A DNA stretch of 64,000 nucleotides from an uncultured Planctomycetaceae bacterium (GTDB lineage: Bacteria > Planctomycetota > Planctomycetia > Pirellulales > PNKZ01), in NCBI GenBank assembly GCA_964387325.1, contig CAYLYE010000004.1:1661-65660 (forward strand), in the 5' to 3' direction. The notes under the pieces are model-generated. The model searched no databases and was not told where the DNA came from. It saw nothing but the letters and a program-made list of their open reading frames with translations. Shown piece after piece: positions 1-10,190 of this stretch (positions are counted from its first letter, which is position 1; each line of letters opens with the position of its first letter). Position numbers and translations under genes: made by a program.

Positions 1-1
1 T

Positions 2-601
2 GTTCAAGCCAAGGGGGGAGACTCCGCGGCGGTCACGAAGGCACTCGCCGCCGAGAAGGCCAAGATCCCTGGGCAGACGATTCAAGCGAACGCCTCGGCC
101 GCCACCAAGGTGCAGGAGATTGGTGGTCTGTTCGGCCGCTTTGCCCTGGCCGCGCTGGTGATGGTCGTCGTCAGTCGCCGCTCGTTGCTGCGGATTTTCC
201 TGGTGCCCGGCTTGGTGCTCATGCCGCTGATCTTCGGTTGGGCGGCGGTGACGAGCCTCGACTATCTGAAATACGGCATCTTCGTCGCGGGCTTCCTGAC
301 CGTGGCCCAGTTCAGCTTTTGGGGCAACTATCTGCCCCATGCCTTTCCGATGCACTTGCGTGGCACGGGCGAGAGCTTTGCCGCCAACATTGGTGGCCGA
401 CTGATCGGCACGAGCTTCGCCGCCCTGACCCAGTGGATCGCGTCGATCCTGGTGGCCAAGGGAGAAAACGGTGCGCCCAACCCGATCGATGCCGCGCACA
501 TGACCGCCTATGTCGCGGCCGGCGTGGCCTTCGCCGTGTACCTGATCAACTTCGGCATGACGTTCCTGTTGCCGGAACCCAAGGGCGACATGGAAGAGTA
601 A
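2..601 (+). CDS. MFS-type transporter, C-terminal fragment (5' end upstream of window)
   Basis: Frame is open from nt 2, with no stop before the listed GTG at 110. It has hydrophobic helices. FWGNYLPHAFPMHLRGTGESFAANIGGRLIG parallels GWLPLYLPELFATRVRATGQGFAFNFGRIIA in the complete paralogue at 935-2482. Confidence 0.7.
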   Translation, partial: VQAKGGDSAAVTKALAAEKAKIPGQTIQANASAATKVQEIGGLFGRFALAALVMVVVSRRSLLRIFLVPGLVLMPLIFGWAAVTSLDYLKYGIFVAGFLTVAQFSFWGNYLPHAFPMHLRGTGESFAANIGGRLIGTSFAALTQWIASILVAKGENGAPNPIDAAHMTAYVAAGVAFAVYLINFGMTFLLPEPKGDMEE

Positions 602-622
602 TGCGAAAAGAGTCAAAAAGTT

Positions 623-819
623 AACCACAGAGCCACCGAGAACACAGAGAGGAAGTTGAGGGGTGAGAGACTAGCGGCTAGTAAGTACAGACTGCGGGGG
701 TAGAGAAGGCGCGCTGCCGCGATCGCATTGTTCTCCTCCACTCCTCAGCCCCTCTGTTCCTCCACTTGTCTCAAGCGTCTGCTCCGTTTCCTCTCTGTGT
801 TCTCGGTGACTCTGTGGTT
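623..819. repeat. Long inverted repeat element, copy A (ACAGAG-rich arms, AACCAC...GTGGTT termini)
   Basis: Arms 623-652 (aaccacagagccaccgagaacacagagagg) and 790-819 (cctctctgtgttctcggtgactctgtggtt) are reverse complements at 29/30 nt, with a 137-nt spacer. Related to the copies at 11349-11475 and 35194-35345. Confidence 0.85.
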
Positions 820-934
820 CGATTTTTTCCTCGCTCGTTTAGCATCACTAAAAATCGAATGTGTTAAAAAGAGATCTGGCTTCGGCTTATCGAGCCCTTG
901 AACAACCCCTTGCTAGAAATGGACGCGTGACCGC

Positions 935-2482
935 ATGACGAACGCACCCGAATCGTCGACCTCACGCGCCCAGTGGATGGCGCTCATCGCGGCACTGTTG
1001 GGCTGGATGTTCGACGGGGCCGAGATGGGCGTCTTCTCGATGGTCGGCCGGGCCGCCGTGCAAGATATGCTCGGCATCGCCGGTACCCCGAGCAAAGCTC
1101 AGGAAGGTGAAATCGGCTTTTACTTCGGCGTGATCATCGCCGTGTTCCTGGTCGGCGCGGCCACCGGGGGCGTCGTCTTTGGCTGGCTCGGCGATCGCAT
1201 CGGCCGCGTCCGCGCCATGAGCCTCAGCGTGCTCACCTACGCGGTCTTCACCGGCTTGTGTGGCGTCGCGCAGTCGCCGTTGCAGCTGGGCATCTTGCGG
1301 TTCATCGCCTCGCTGGGCATGGGGGGCGAATGGGCCCTGGGCGTCGCGCTCGTCATGGAAGTCTGGCCCAACCGCTCACGGTCCTTAATGGCTGGCCTGA
1401 TCGGCGCGGCGGCTAACGCCGGCTACCTGCTCGTCGGCTTCGTTGGCATCGGCTTATCGTCCATCCTCAGCGAGTTCGAAGCGGTCCTCTCCAGCACGGG
1501 GCTCTCCGACTCGACCGTGCAAATGCTCGTCGCCCACAAGGGCTGGCGGCTCATGATGATCCTCGGCACCTTGCCCGCCGTGCTCACGTTCTTCTTCCGT
1601 ATCTTCGTGCCCGAATCGAAAAAGTGGGAAGACGAACGAGGCAAGGGGGGCACCTCGAACTGGCTGCCGGTCGACCTGCTCGGAGTCGTCGTCGGCGCGG
1701 TCGGCCCGTTCATGATCGTCTACGTTTGGGCCAATCCGTTCTCCATGCCAGCTCGCGTGTTCGGCACGCTGCTGGGGCTGGCGATTGCGGTGATCGGCTA
1801 CACCTATCCGGTCTTCCGCTTCCTGCAACGGACCGTCGCAGGCAAACAAGCTGCCGCGATGACTTCTCCCTGGCCGACCGTGCGACGCATGTTGCTCGGC
1901 GCGGGGCTGAGCGGCGTCGCGTTGCTTGGCACCTGGGGTTCGACCCAATGGGCCGCCACCTGGGCTGCTCAACTCACGAACAATCAGTTCCATGCCCGCG
2001 AGTGGACACAAATCGCGCTCGCTGTCGGGGCGATCATCGGCACCATTCTCGCCGCGATGGCTGGTGACTGGCTCGGACGTCGCATGGCGTACTGCCTGCT
2101 CTGCTTGGTCTCGCTCGTCTCGGCATTGATCTTTTTCCAATTCCACAACGAGTACGGCGCCTCGTTCCTGTTTTGGGCCTTCACGGCCGGCGCCTGCACC
2201 GCCTCGTTCTACGGCTGGCTGCCGCTCTATCTGCCCGAGCTGTTCGCCACGCGCGTCCGCGCCACGGGCCAGGGTTTCGCCTTCAACTTTGGTCGCATCA
2301 TCGCCGCGATCGGCACGTTGCAGATGAGTGCGCTGCTGCCATTCTTCGCCGAGTCGACCACTTACGCGGGGATCACTGGCGGCTATCCGGTCGCGTGCAG
2401 TTACATTAGCGCCATCTATTTGTTTGGCGCGGTGCTGATTTGGTTCGCCCCCGAGACTCGCGGCCAGCCGCTGCCGGAGTAG
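935..2482 (+). CDS. MFS transporter (12-TM type)
   Basis: 515-aa ORF with ATG start and about 12 hydrophobic segments. The MFS loop motif GWLGDRIGRVRAM lies after TM2. It is a paralogue of the upstream fragment. Confidence 0.85.
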   Translation: MTNAPESSTSRAQWMALIAALLGWMFDGAEMGVFSMVGRAAVQDMLGIAGTPSKAQEGEIGFYFGVIIAVFLVGAATGGVVFGWLGDRIGRVRAMSLSVLTYAVFTGLCGVAQSPLQLGILRFIASLGMGGEWALGVALVMEVWPNRSRSLMAGLIGAAANAGYLLVGFVGIGLSSILSEFEAVLSSTGLSDSTVQMLVAHKGWRLMMILGTLPAVLTFFFRIFVPESKKWEDERGKGGTSNWLPVDLLGVVVGAVGPFMIVYVWANPFSMPARVFGTLLGLAIAVIGYTYPVFRFLQRTVAGKQAAAMTSPWPTVRRMLLGAGLSGVALLGTWGSTQWAATWAAQLTNNQFHAREWTQIALAVGAIIGTILAAMAGDWLGRRMAYCLLCLVSLVSALIFFQFHNEYGASFLFWAFTAGACTASFYGWLPLYLPELFATRVRATGQGFAFNFGRIIAAIGTLQMSALLPFFAESTTYAGITGGYPVACSYISAIYLFGAVLIWFAPETRGQPLPE

Positions 2483-2540
2483 TGGGTGATTAATTCGTAT
2501 TTCGATCAATAATTCACGGCTTACCGCACCTTTCGGCAAC

Positions 2541-2570
2541 TTGACCCTGCTTCGTCACGAGCCGTATAAT
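2541..2570 (+). promoter_or_regulatory. Candidate sigma-70-type promoter of sucCD
   Basis: TTGACC (2541-2546), 18-nt spacer, TATAAT (2565-2570), about 60 nt upstream of the sucC ATG. Sequence match only. Confidence 0.45.
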
Positions 2571-2629
2571 CGCCGCTTCGCGCTGTTGCTCTTTGTCTCC
2601 TTAACACGCTTGCCACGAGCCGCAACTCC

Positions 2630-3814
2630 ATGAAGATTCACGAGTTTCAAGCCAAACAGATCCTCCGTGACGCCGGAGTCGCCGTGCCGCGGTCGATCGT
2701 TGCCCGCTCCGCCGACGAGGCCGCCAAGGCCTACACCGAGTTGGGCGGAGCGATTGCCGTCGTTAAAGCCCAAATCCATGCCGGTGGCCGTGGCAAGGGG
2801 ACGATCAAGACCAATCCCAATCAGCGCGGCGTGCAGCTCGTCAAAAGCGCTCAAGAAGCCGGCGAAGTCGCGGGCCGATTGCTCGGCCAGTCACTCGTCA
2901 CGATCCAGACCGGTCCGGTGGGTCAAACCGTCCGTCAGGTGCTCGTCGAGGCGGGCTGCGAAATCGCCCGTGAGCTGTACCTGGGCATCGTCATCGATCG
3001 CAGCGCATCGGGCCCCGTGCTGATGGTGTCGAGCGAAGGGGGCATGGACATCGAAGAAGTGGCCGCCCACACGCCCGAAAAAATCTTCTACGAGAAATTC
3101 GATCCCGATGCCGGTTTGCAGAGCTATCAAGTTCGCAAGCTGTGCAAGAAGCTGAACATCACAGGCGCGAGCGTGGCCTCGGCCGAGAAGTTCATGAAGG
3201 GTCTGTGCCGTGTGTTCGTTCAGTGCGACTGCTCGATGGCCGAGATCAACCCGCTGGTCGTGACCAAGAGTGGCGAGTTGATTGCGCTCGACTGCAAGAT
3301 GACGTTCGACGACAACGCGATGTTCCGCCACAAGGACCTGGCCGAATTCCGTGACAAGGCCGAGGAAGAGCCTTCGGAAATTCGCGCTGGCGAGGCGGGC
3401 CTCAGCTACGTCAAGCTCGACGGCACGATCGGCTGTCTGGTCAACGGCGCCGGCTTGGCGATGAGCACGCTCGACATCATTCAGTTGCACGGCGGACAGC
3501 CCGCCAACTTCCTCGACGTGGGCGGCGGCGCCAATGTGCAGCAAGTGACCGAAGCGTTCCGGATCATTCTCGACGACCAGAACGTGCGCGCGGTGCTCGT
3601 CAATATTTTTGGCGGCATCATGCGTTGCACGACGATCGCCACGGCCGTGGTCGAGGCGGCCAAGAGTGTCGAGTTCCGCGTGCCGCTCGTCGTGCGGCTC
3701 GAAGGGACCGAGGTCGAAGAAGGTCGCAAGATCATCGCCAACAGCGGCCTGAACGTGATCAGTGCCGAAGGACTTACCGACGCCGCCAAGAAAGTTGTTG
3801 CCGCCGCAAAATAG
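2630..3814 (+). CDS. sucC: Succinyl-CoA synthetase (ADP-forming) beta subunit
   Basis: [21 protein letters not shown]-terminus, with [30 protein letters not shown] and NIFGGIMRC motifs. Followed by sucD. Confidence 0.97.
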   Translation: MKIHEFQAKQILRDAGVAVPRSIVARSADEAAKAYTELGGAIAVVKAQIHAGGRGKGTIKTNPNQRGVQLVKSAQEAGEVAGRLLGQSLVTIQTGPVGQTVRQVLVEAGCEIARELYLGIVIDRSASGPVLMVSSEGGMDIEEVAAHTPEKIFYEKFDPDAGLQSYQVRKLCKKLNITGASVASAEKFMKGLCRVFVQCDCSMAEINPLVVTKSGELIALDCKMTFDDNAMFRHKDLAEFRDKAEEEPSEIRAGEAGLSYVKLDGTIGCLVNGAGLAMSTLDIIQLHGGQPANFLDVGGGANVQQVTEAFRIILDDQNVRAVLVNIFGGIMRCTTIATAVVEAAKSVEFRVPLVVRLEGTEVEEGRKIIANSGLNVISAEGLTDAAKKVVAAAK

Positions 3815-3816
3815 GA

Positions 3817-3905
3817 GGGACTAGAGGCTAGAGACTAGGGGCTAGTAAATCGCCCTTCATCTCTTGTCCTCATTCCCTAGCCTCTAGCCCCTAGTCTCTA
3901 GCCCC
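3817..3905. repeat. CTAG-rich palindromic element in the sucC-sucD spacer
   Basis: ggctagagactaggggctag (3826-3845) is the perfect reverse complement of 3884-3903 (20-bp stem, 38-nt loop). There are eight CTAG tetranucleotides within 3821-3901. Confidence 0.85.
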
Positions 3906-3916
3906 TGATTTTCCCC

Positions 3917-4795
<879 letters not shown>

Positions 4796-4850
4796 TCGCC
4801 GCACCCCGCGCGGCTCGCCAACATCGTTTGCTCGTACCATCGAGGGTCTC

Positions 4851-6038
4851 ATGTCGCAATTGCCCCCTCCGCTCAATCCGCCCGCCCGCGTGCTCATGGG
4901 TCCCGGCCCGAGCGAAATTCATCCGCGCGTCTTGCGGGCCCTGGGCGCCAATACCGTCGGACACTTGGACCCGTACTACCTCGCGCTCATGAACGACATG
5001 CAGCAGATGCTGCGCGAGTTGTTCCGCACGAAGAACCCGCTCACGATGGCGATTAGCGCCACCGGCTCGGCCGGCATGGAGAGCACGGTCGTCAACCTGA
5101 TCGAGCCGGGCGACTCGATGATCGTCTGCGTCAACGGTGTCTTCGGCGAGCGAATGGTCGATGTCGCCACACGCGCCGGCGCCAAGGTGACCCGCGTCGA
5201 TCGACCTTGGGGCGAGGTATTTTCGCCATCCGATCTGAAAGACGCGATCGCTCAGGCCAAGCCGAAGGTCGTGGGGATCGTGATGGCCGAGACCTCAACG
5301 GGCGCGTGGCAGCCGATCGAAGAGATCTCGAAGCTCGTGCATGACGCCGGCGCGTTGCTGCTCGTCGATGCCGTCACGGCGCTCGGTGGCATTCCGGTCG
5401 AAGTCGACGCTTGGCAGATCGATGCCATTTACTCGGGCTCGCAGAAGTGCCTCAGCTGTCCGCCCGGCTTGGCGCCTGTCTCGTTCTCCGATCGCGCGAT
5501 GCAAGTCGTGCTCAATCGCAAGACCAAGGTGCAAAGCTGGTACCTCGACGTCTCGATGCTCGCCAAGTACTGGGGAAGCGAGCGCGTGTATCACCATACC
5601 GCGCCCATCAACATGACCTACGGCCTGTACGAGGCCCTGCGGTTGATCCACGAGGAAGGGCTGGAAAACTGCTTCACTCGACACATGCTCAATCACCGAG
5701 CGCTCAAGGCGGGCGTTACCGCACTCGGGCTGCGTTATGCCGCGGCCGAGGGACACCAGCTGCCGATGCTCAATGCCGTGCTCGTGCCCGACGGAGTCGA
5801 CGACGCCGCCGTTCGCAAGGCATTGCTCGAGCGGTTCGGGATCGAGATCGGCGGCGGGCTCGGCGCGTTCAAGGGGAAAGCTTGGCGAATCGGCCTGATG
5901 GGTCACGGCTCGCGACCCAATAACGTGCTACTCGTGCTGGCCGCGATCGAGCAGTTGCTGGCCGAGCAAGGCTACAAATTTGAGCATGGCGCTGGCGTGG
6001 CCGCCGCGAATGCCGCGTATGCCCAAGCAGGCAAGTAA
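4851..6038 (+). CDS. Class-V pyridoxal-phosphate aminotransferase (serine-glyoxylate / alanine-glyoxylate type)
   Basis: Internal ATG at 4851 chosen because the track start at 4590 overlaps sucD with Arg/Pro-rich junk. LMGPGPSEIHPRVLRA and the PLP-lysine motif YSGSQKCLSCPPG are present. Confidence 0.85.
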   Translation: MSQLPPPLNPPARVLMGPGPSEIHPRVLRALGANTVGHLDPYYLALMNDMQQMLRELFRTKNPLTMAISATGSAGMESTVVNLIEPGDSMIVCVNGVFGERMVDVATRAGAKVTRVDRPWGEVFSPSDLKDAIAQAKPKVVGIVMAETSTGAWQPIEEISKLVHDAGALLLVDAVTALGGIPVEVDAWQIDAIYSGSQKCLSCPPGLAPVSFSDRAMQVVLNRKTKVQSWYLDVSMLAKYWGSERVYHHTAPINMTYGLYEALRLIHEEGLENCFTRHMLNHRALKAGVTALGLRYAAAEGHQLPMLNAVLVPDGVDDAAVRKALLERFGIEIGGGLGAFKGKAWRIGLMGHGSRPNNVLLVLAAIEQLLAEQGYKFEHGAGVAAANAAYAQAGK

Positions 6039-6063
6039 GGGCAACTCACTTCTCCCCGAGCGT

Positions 6064-8964
6064 TTAATGGCTCGGCGATTCTTGCTGCTTCTTTTGATTG
6101 AGTCCTTGTAAGCGGCGAGTCTCGCGGTGGGCCATGAGCAGCCACACCATGAGCGTCACGGCCGACAAAGCCATCGGCATGAGTGCCCACTCTTTGTCTT
6201 GGAAGAAATAGCACCAGCTAAGTACCAGCGTGGCAATGACGCTCGTGCTGATCACGTAAATGCGTCCATTACGCGAGCCGGCGGTCTTGGTGATCAAGTG
6301 CGTGGTCACGGCGTCGCGGGCATTGCGATTGGCGATGGCGCGCATCGCGCTCAGGTTGGCCGACAGCTCGGGAGGCAACGAGCGCGGGGTCATCTCGCGC
6401 GGGTCGAGCAACGGCTGCGGCGGCTCGGGTGCGGGCTCGGGCTCCGATTTCGATACAACCGGCTCCCTCACAGGAGTCGTATCAGGGCGCGTGGCTGGGG
6501 AACTCTTTTCGACCGCGTCGCTCTTGCGTCCACCGACTCGCTGGAGCAGCTGAGCCATGTACGCATTCATGTCTTCGTCTTCATCTTCGACCGGCTCGGG
6601 CGCGGGGCGCTGCCGCGAACCGGACACGCTCTCAGGCGAGGACTGTTGAACCGAGGAACTCGTACCAGGTTTAGCGGGCGTAGACTCCGTCGGATCTTCA
6701 GCATTCAGATCCGACAGCAACCCCATGCGGCGCATGACTTCCGCGGCGCTCTCACGTTCGTGCGAACGAATCAATTGTGATTCCGGCTCGGGTGAAGCCT
6801 GTGGGGTATCAACCTCCGGCTCGGTTGGAGCCTGTTCCATCTCGATGGCCGACGCCGGTTCCTCAGCGGGATGCGTTACCTCAATGGACTCGGACCTTAA
6901 AGCTTCGGCCTGGGCTAGTAGCTCGTTGCGAATGCGTTGCGCTCGCTCCTCGAACGACTCATTCGTGTCGACATGCGATGGCTCGTGTTGGGCATGATTG
7001 GCCAGCTGCTGGCGCAATTCCTCCTCTTGTCGAGCAAGCTCCGCGGCGGCAGCCGTGCGGCGTTCAGCTTCCTCGGCCACCTCGCGCTGCCAAGCCTCGT
7101 GTTCGCGCCTCCACTGAGCTTTCTCGGTGATGATTTGTTCCCGTTCGGCATCCATGGCTGCTTGCTGCTCGACGAGCGCCTGATGGGCCTGTTGCATTTC
7201 GGCCAAAATGGCCGCACGTTGGCTTTCGACCTCTGCCGAGAGCGCGGTCTGTGGCCTCTCGGTTGCCGAGTCTGTCGACGACTCTTGGTTGCATTCTGCC
7301 AAGCGGGCCTGCTCCTGCTCGATACGCTGCTGCAACAGCAATAGCTCTTCGCCGCGCTCGGCCAACTCGGCGACTCGACGATCGAGCTCATCGCGTTGGC
7401 GCGCGAGTTCGCTGCTCGTTTCTTCGTGACGCTGACGGGTCAGCGCCGAGTCATTGTGGAATTGCTCAAGCTGTTGGGCTAATGACTCCTGGGCCAACTC
7501 GACGTCAGCGCGTTGCGCCTCGATCGCGCCGAGGGCCGTCTGTCGTTGCTCGTCCCAGGCTTGCTGAGCCGAGGTCAGCGCGGCCTGCTGCTGTGCGAGT
7601 TCGGCCCAGGCCGCCGTGAGTTGGGCTTGCTGATCGGCCAAGAGCGTTTCCTGAATTGCGAGTGCCTCGCCGGAATCGGCCGCCACGGTCGCTTCCTGTG
7701 CTCGCAAGGCCAGCGTTGCCGCTTGGACGGCGAGTTGCTCGCGCTCGGCATCCAGCTGCACGCGGAGCGATTCCAACGCGCTGGTCCGCCCCAGCAAGTC
7801 GCTATGCTGCTGCTCGAACCGACGTTGTTGTTCATCGTGTCGTTGCGTCAGTTCAGCCTCGCGGGCCGCCGCCTCTGCTTGCCAGCGAGCTTGCTCAGCG
7901 GCATGGTCTTGTTCGATTTGTGCGCGCAGTTGCGTAACCGCCGTGCGTTCGGCGGCCAACGATTGCTGTTGCGCCTCGACCGCCGTGTGTCGCGCGGTCA
8001 AGGAGCGTTCAAGTTCATCAAGGGCGGACTGGCGCAGCTGCGAATCCGCCAGGAATTTCGCCTCGCGGGCTGCCAACGTTTGTTCGAGTTGACGCAATTC
8101 GTCGAGCTGCTGTTGCTGAACGTTCGACCAAGCCGCTTGTTGTGCGACGAGTTGGGTCCGCTCCTGTTCAAGGGCAATGATTTGCTGCTGGAGATCAGCC
8201 CGGGAGGCTTCCCACTCGGCACGCTGAGAGTCCCAATGCGTCTGTTGCTGGGCGGACTCGAGGCGTGATTGATCGAGAGCGATGCGCAGCTCGCACAGAC
8301 TTCGTTCATGTTGTTGCGTCTGGAGTTGACTTTGCTGGGCCAACTCGGCGGCGGCAGCTTCGCGGCGGCGCAGGTCGACCAGCGCCGCGTCGAGCTGTTC
8401 GCGTTGGATAACCAGTTGACTGTGTCGCTCTTCCAGTTCTCGCACATCGTGTTCGTATTGACGACGACGCTGTTCGGATTCGGCGAGACGACGTTCTGCT
8501 TTGCGAAGTCGCCGAATGAGCCGCCGCAAGCGGTCGCGGCCGAGTTGATTCGCAAGCTGCCGACGCTGTTCGAGTGTATCGAATCGCTGCTGGTCTTCCG
8601 GGCGAATTCGCGGCCGAAGCGAATGGGGACCGGCCAGCACCTCGAACTCAACGTTACCAACCGTCAGTCGGTCGCCGCTGACGAGTTCGGCATCGTGGAA
8701 GGCCGCGTTATTGAGTCGGGTCGCCGCCGAAAGACGGCGAATGATGGTGCGTTGCTGACCGCGCAACACGACGCAGTGCCAAGGGGCGATCTGTTCGCCC
8801 TGCAATCGCAATGTACAGGAAGGGGCGGAACCGATCGTGCATTTCGCGTCGGTGAGTCGCACCAACTGGCCACGTTGGGCTCCGCTGCAAACGCGGAGCG
8901 TCAATTCCGGTTCCGTCGCACCCAGCAGGCTCGTCGGTGTCGCGGAGCTCTGGACAGACATCAT
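6064..8964 (-). CDS. FHA-domain protein with ~550-aa Q/E/A/R coiled coil and C-terminal double TM anchor
   Basis: FHA-like N-terminus (CTIGSAPSCTLRLQGEQIAPWHCVVL...GDRLTVGNVEFEV), followed by a long heptad-like QQ/AE/LR-rich region. The C-terminus has two hydrophobic helices (YVISTSVIATLVLSWCYFF, ALMPMALSAVTLMVWLLMA). The track start at 8988 is TTG. ATGATG at 8964 is preceded by GAGGAA, so it is preferred. Confidence 0.8.
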   Translation of the reverse strand: MMSVQSSATPTSLLGATEPELTLRVCSGAQRGQLVRLTDAKCTIGSAPSCTLRLQGEQIAPWHCVVLRGQQRTIIRRLSAATRLNNAAFHDAELVSGDRLTVGNVEFEVLAGPHSLRPRIRPEDQQRFDTLEQRRQLANQLGRDRLRRLIRRLRKAERRLAESEQRRRQYEHDVRELEERHSQLVIQREQLDAALVDLRRREAAAAELAQQSQLQTQQHERSLCELRIALDQSRLESAQQQTHWDSQRAEWEASRADLQQQIIALEQERTQLVAQQAAWSNVQQQQLDELRQLEQTLAAREAKFLADSQLRQSALDELERSLTARHTAVEAQQQSLAAERTAVTQLRAQIEQDHAAEQARWQAEAAAREAELTQRHDEQQRRFEQQHSDLLGRTSALESLRVQLDAEREQLAVQAATLALRAQEATVAADSGEALAIQETLLADQQAQLTAAWAELAQQQAALTSAQQAWDEQRQTALGAIEAQRADVELAQESLAQQLEQFHNDSALTRQRHEETSSELARQRDELDRRVAELAERGEELLLLQQRIEQEQARLAECNQESSTDSATERPQTALSAEVESQRAAILAEMQQAHQALVEQQAAMDAEREQIITEKAQWRREHEAWQREVAEEAERRTAAAAELARQEEELRQQLANHAQHEPSHVDTNESFEERAQRIRNELLAQAEALRSESIEVTHPAEEPASAIEMEQAPTEPEVDTPQASPEPESQLIRSHERESAAEVMRRMGLLSDLNAEDPTESTPAKPGTSSSVQQSSPESVSGSRQRPAPEPVEDEDEDMNAYMAQLLQRVGGRKSDAVEKSSPATRPDTTPVREPVVSKSEPEPAPEPPQPLLDPREMTPRSLPPELSANLSAMRAIANRNARDAVTTHLITKTAGSRNGRIYVISTSVIATLVLSWCYFFQDKEWALMPMALSAVTLMVWLLMAHRETRRLQGLNQKKQQESPSH

Positions 8965-9605
8965 TAGCGCATTCCTCGAAGAGGCCAATCACTTGTCGGG
9001 GACAACGAATCGATAAAATCCCCCCGGAAGCATGTAGCTTATGGACAACGAGTGGTCAAAAACGACCACTTAAGACGGGGTTAATTGGGCGCGGTGGGGC
9101 GTCGAAGTTCGTGACAAACGTCACAAGGCCATGCTATCAGGGGATCCTACAGCAGGTTTTCTTCTCGAATCGAGCGATTTTTGCCGCTAGCTGCGAATTC
9201 GGTTGGATAGACGTGCCGGTTCTGCCGATTATTTTTGCCGCAACGACAGTACAAAACACGGCTCGTCGATGAACCGGCAAAATGTCCGGTTTGTCTACAC
9301 CCAGACATCGTGAAGGATCGTGGTCACGCCTGAAACTCTGAAAAGCTTGCTCCGCTCGGAGCTTGAGTTCAGTTACAGGCGGCGCCAAGCTCGCGCGATT
9401 CTGACGGTTTTGCCGATCAGGAAAACCGGCAGGCCGTTGCATGCGTACTATAGTTGCAATGCCGCATGATGCTCTCAACCGTTGAGATGCGTTGTAAAGG
9501 ACGGCGGCGTAATAGGCACTCCACTAGGGAGTTCGGATTGGCGGCGACTGAAGGGGGGCACCCTCGGCGCGACCAAGATCGGACATCAGAACAGGTGATC
9601 GAACA

Positions 9606-10052
9606 ATGGCACGCAAAGAAGCGATCTTGAACATGCGCGAGATTCTCGTGATGCGCCGCGATGCCCTGCGCCGTGTGTTGGCCGGCGATCTGAGCGCCTT
9701 GAAAGAACTACGCGAGCAAACCGCCGGCGATCTGGTCGACGTCGCGCTCGACTCGGCTCAAAACGAACTCAGTTCGCAATTGGCCGAAGTCGAAAGTCGC
9801 GAACTGGCCATGATCGAGAATGCCCTCGAAAAGATGCGCACCGGCCATTATGGCAAGTGCGAAGGTTGCGGCACGCGAATTCCGCTCGCCCGGCTCAACG
9901 CACTCCCCTACGCCACGACCTGCATCGATTGTCAACGCGAAAGCGAGCGTTACGGCGCGTCGAGTTCAGCCGATAACGATTGGGGGCGGTTGTCCGATTC
10001 TTCCGGCGACGCCGATCTGTCGATCAACGATCTTGAGATCGACGTGTCGTAA
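9606..10052 (+). CDS. dksA: DksA/TraR-family C4 zinc-finger transcription factor
   Basis: Coiled-coil tip motif DLVDVA (DxxDxA) and a four-Cys finger CEGCGTRIPLARLNALPYATTCIDC. It carries an acidic ~35-aa C-terminal extension. Confidence 0.85.
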   Translation: MARKEAILNMREILVMRRDALRRVLAGDLSALKELREQTAGDLVDVALDSAQNELSSQLAEVESRELAMIENALEKMRTGHYGKCEGCGTRIPLARLNALPYATTCIDCQRESERYGASSSADNDWGRLSDSSGDADLSINDLEIDVS

Positions 10053-10190
10053 TCGAGTCAATCGGCTTGACCAACGCCCGAAGCGCGTCAACAGTTGTCG
10101 AGTCCCTGCGCGACCGTTTCCGTTGGCAGAGTTATCTTTGCCCATGGAAACGGTCGTTGCGTTGGGTGTTTTCGCGCTGGAGAGAATCCC

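Noticed and set aside
1454-2539. 361-aa ORF antisense to the MFS transporter
   Set aside because: Arg/Gly/Glu-rich shadow ORF. The sense strand encodes a convincing 12-TM transporter.
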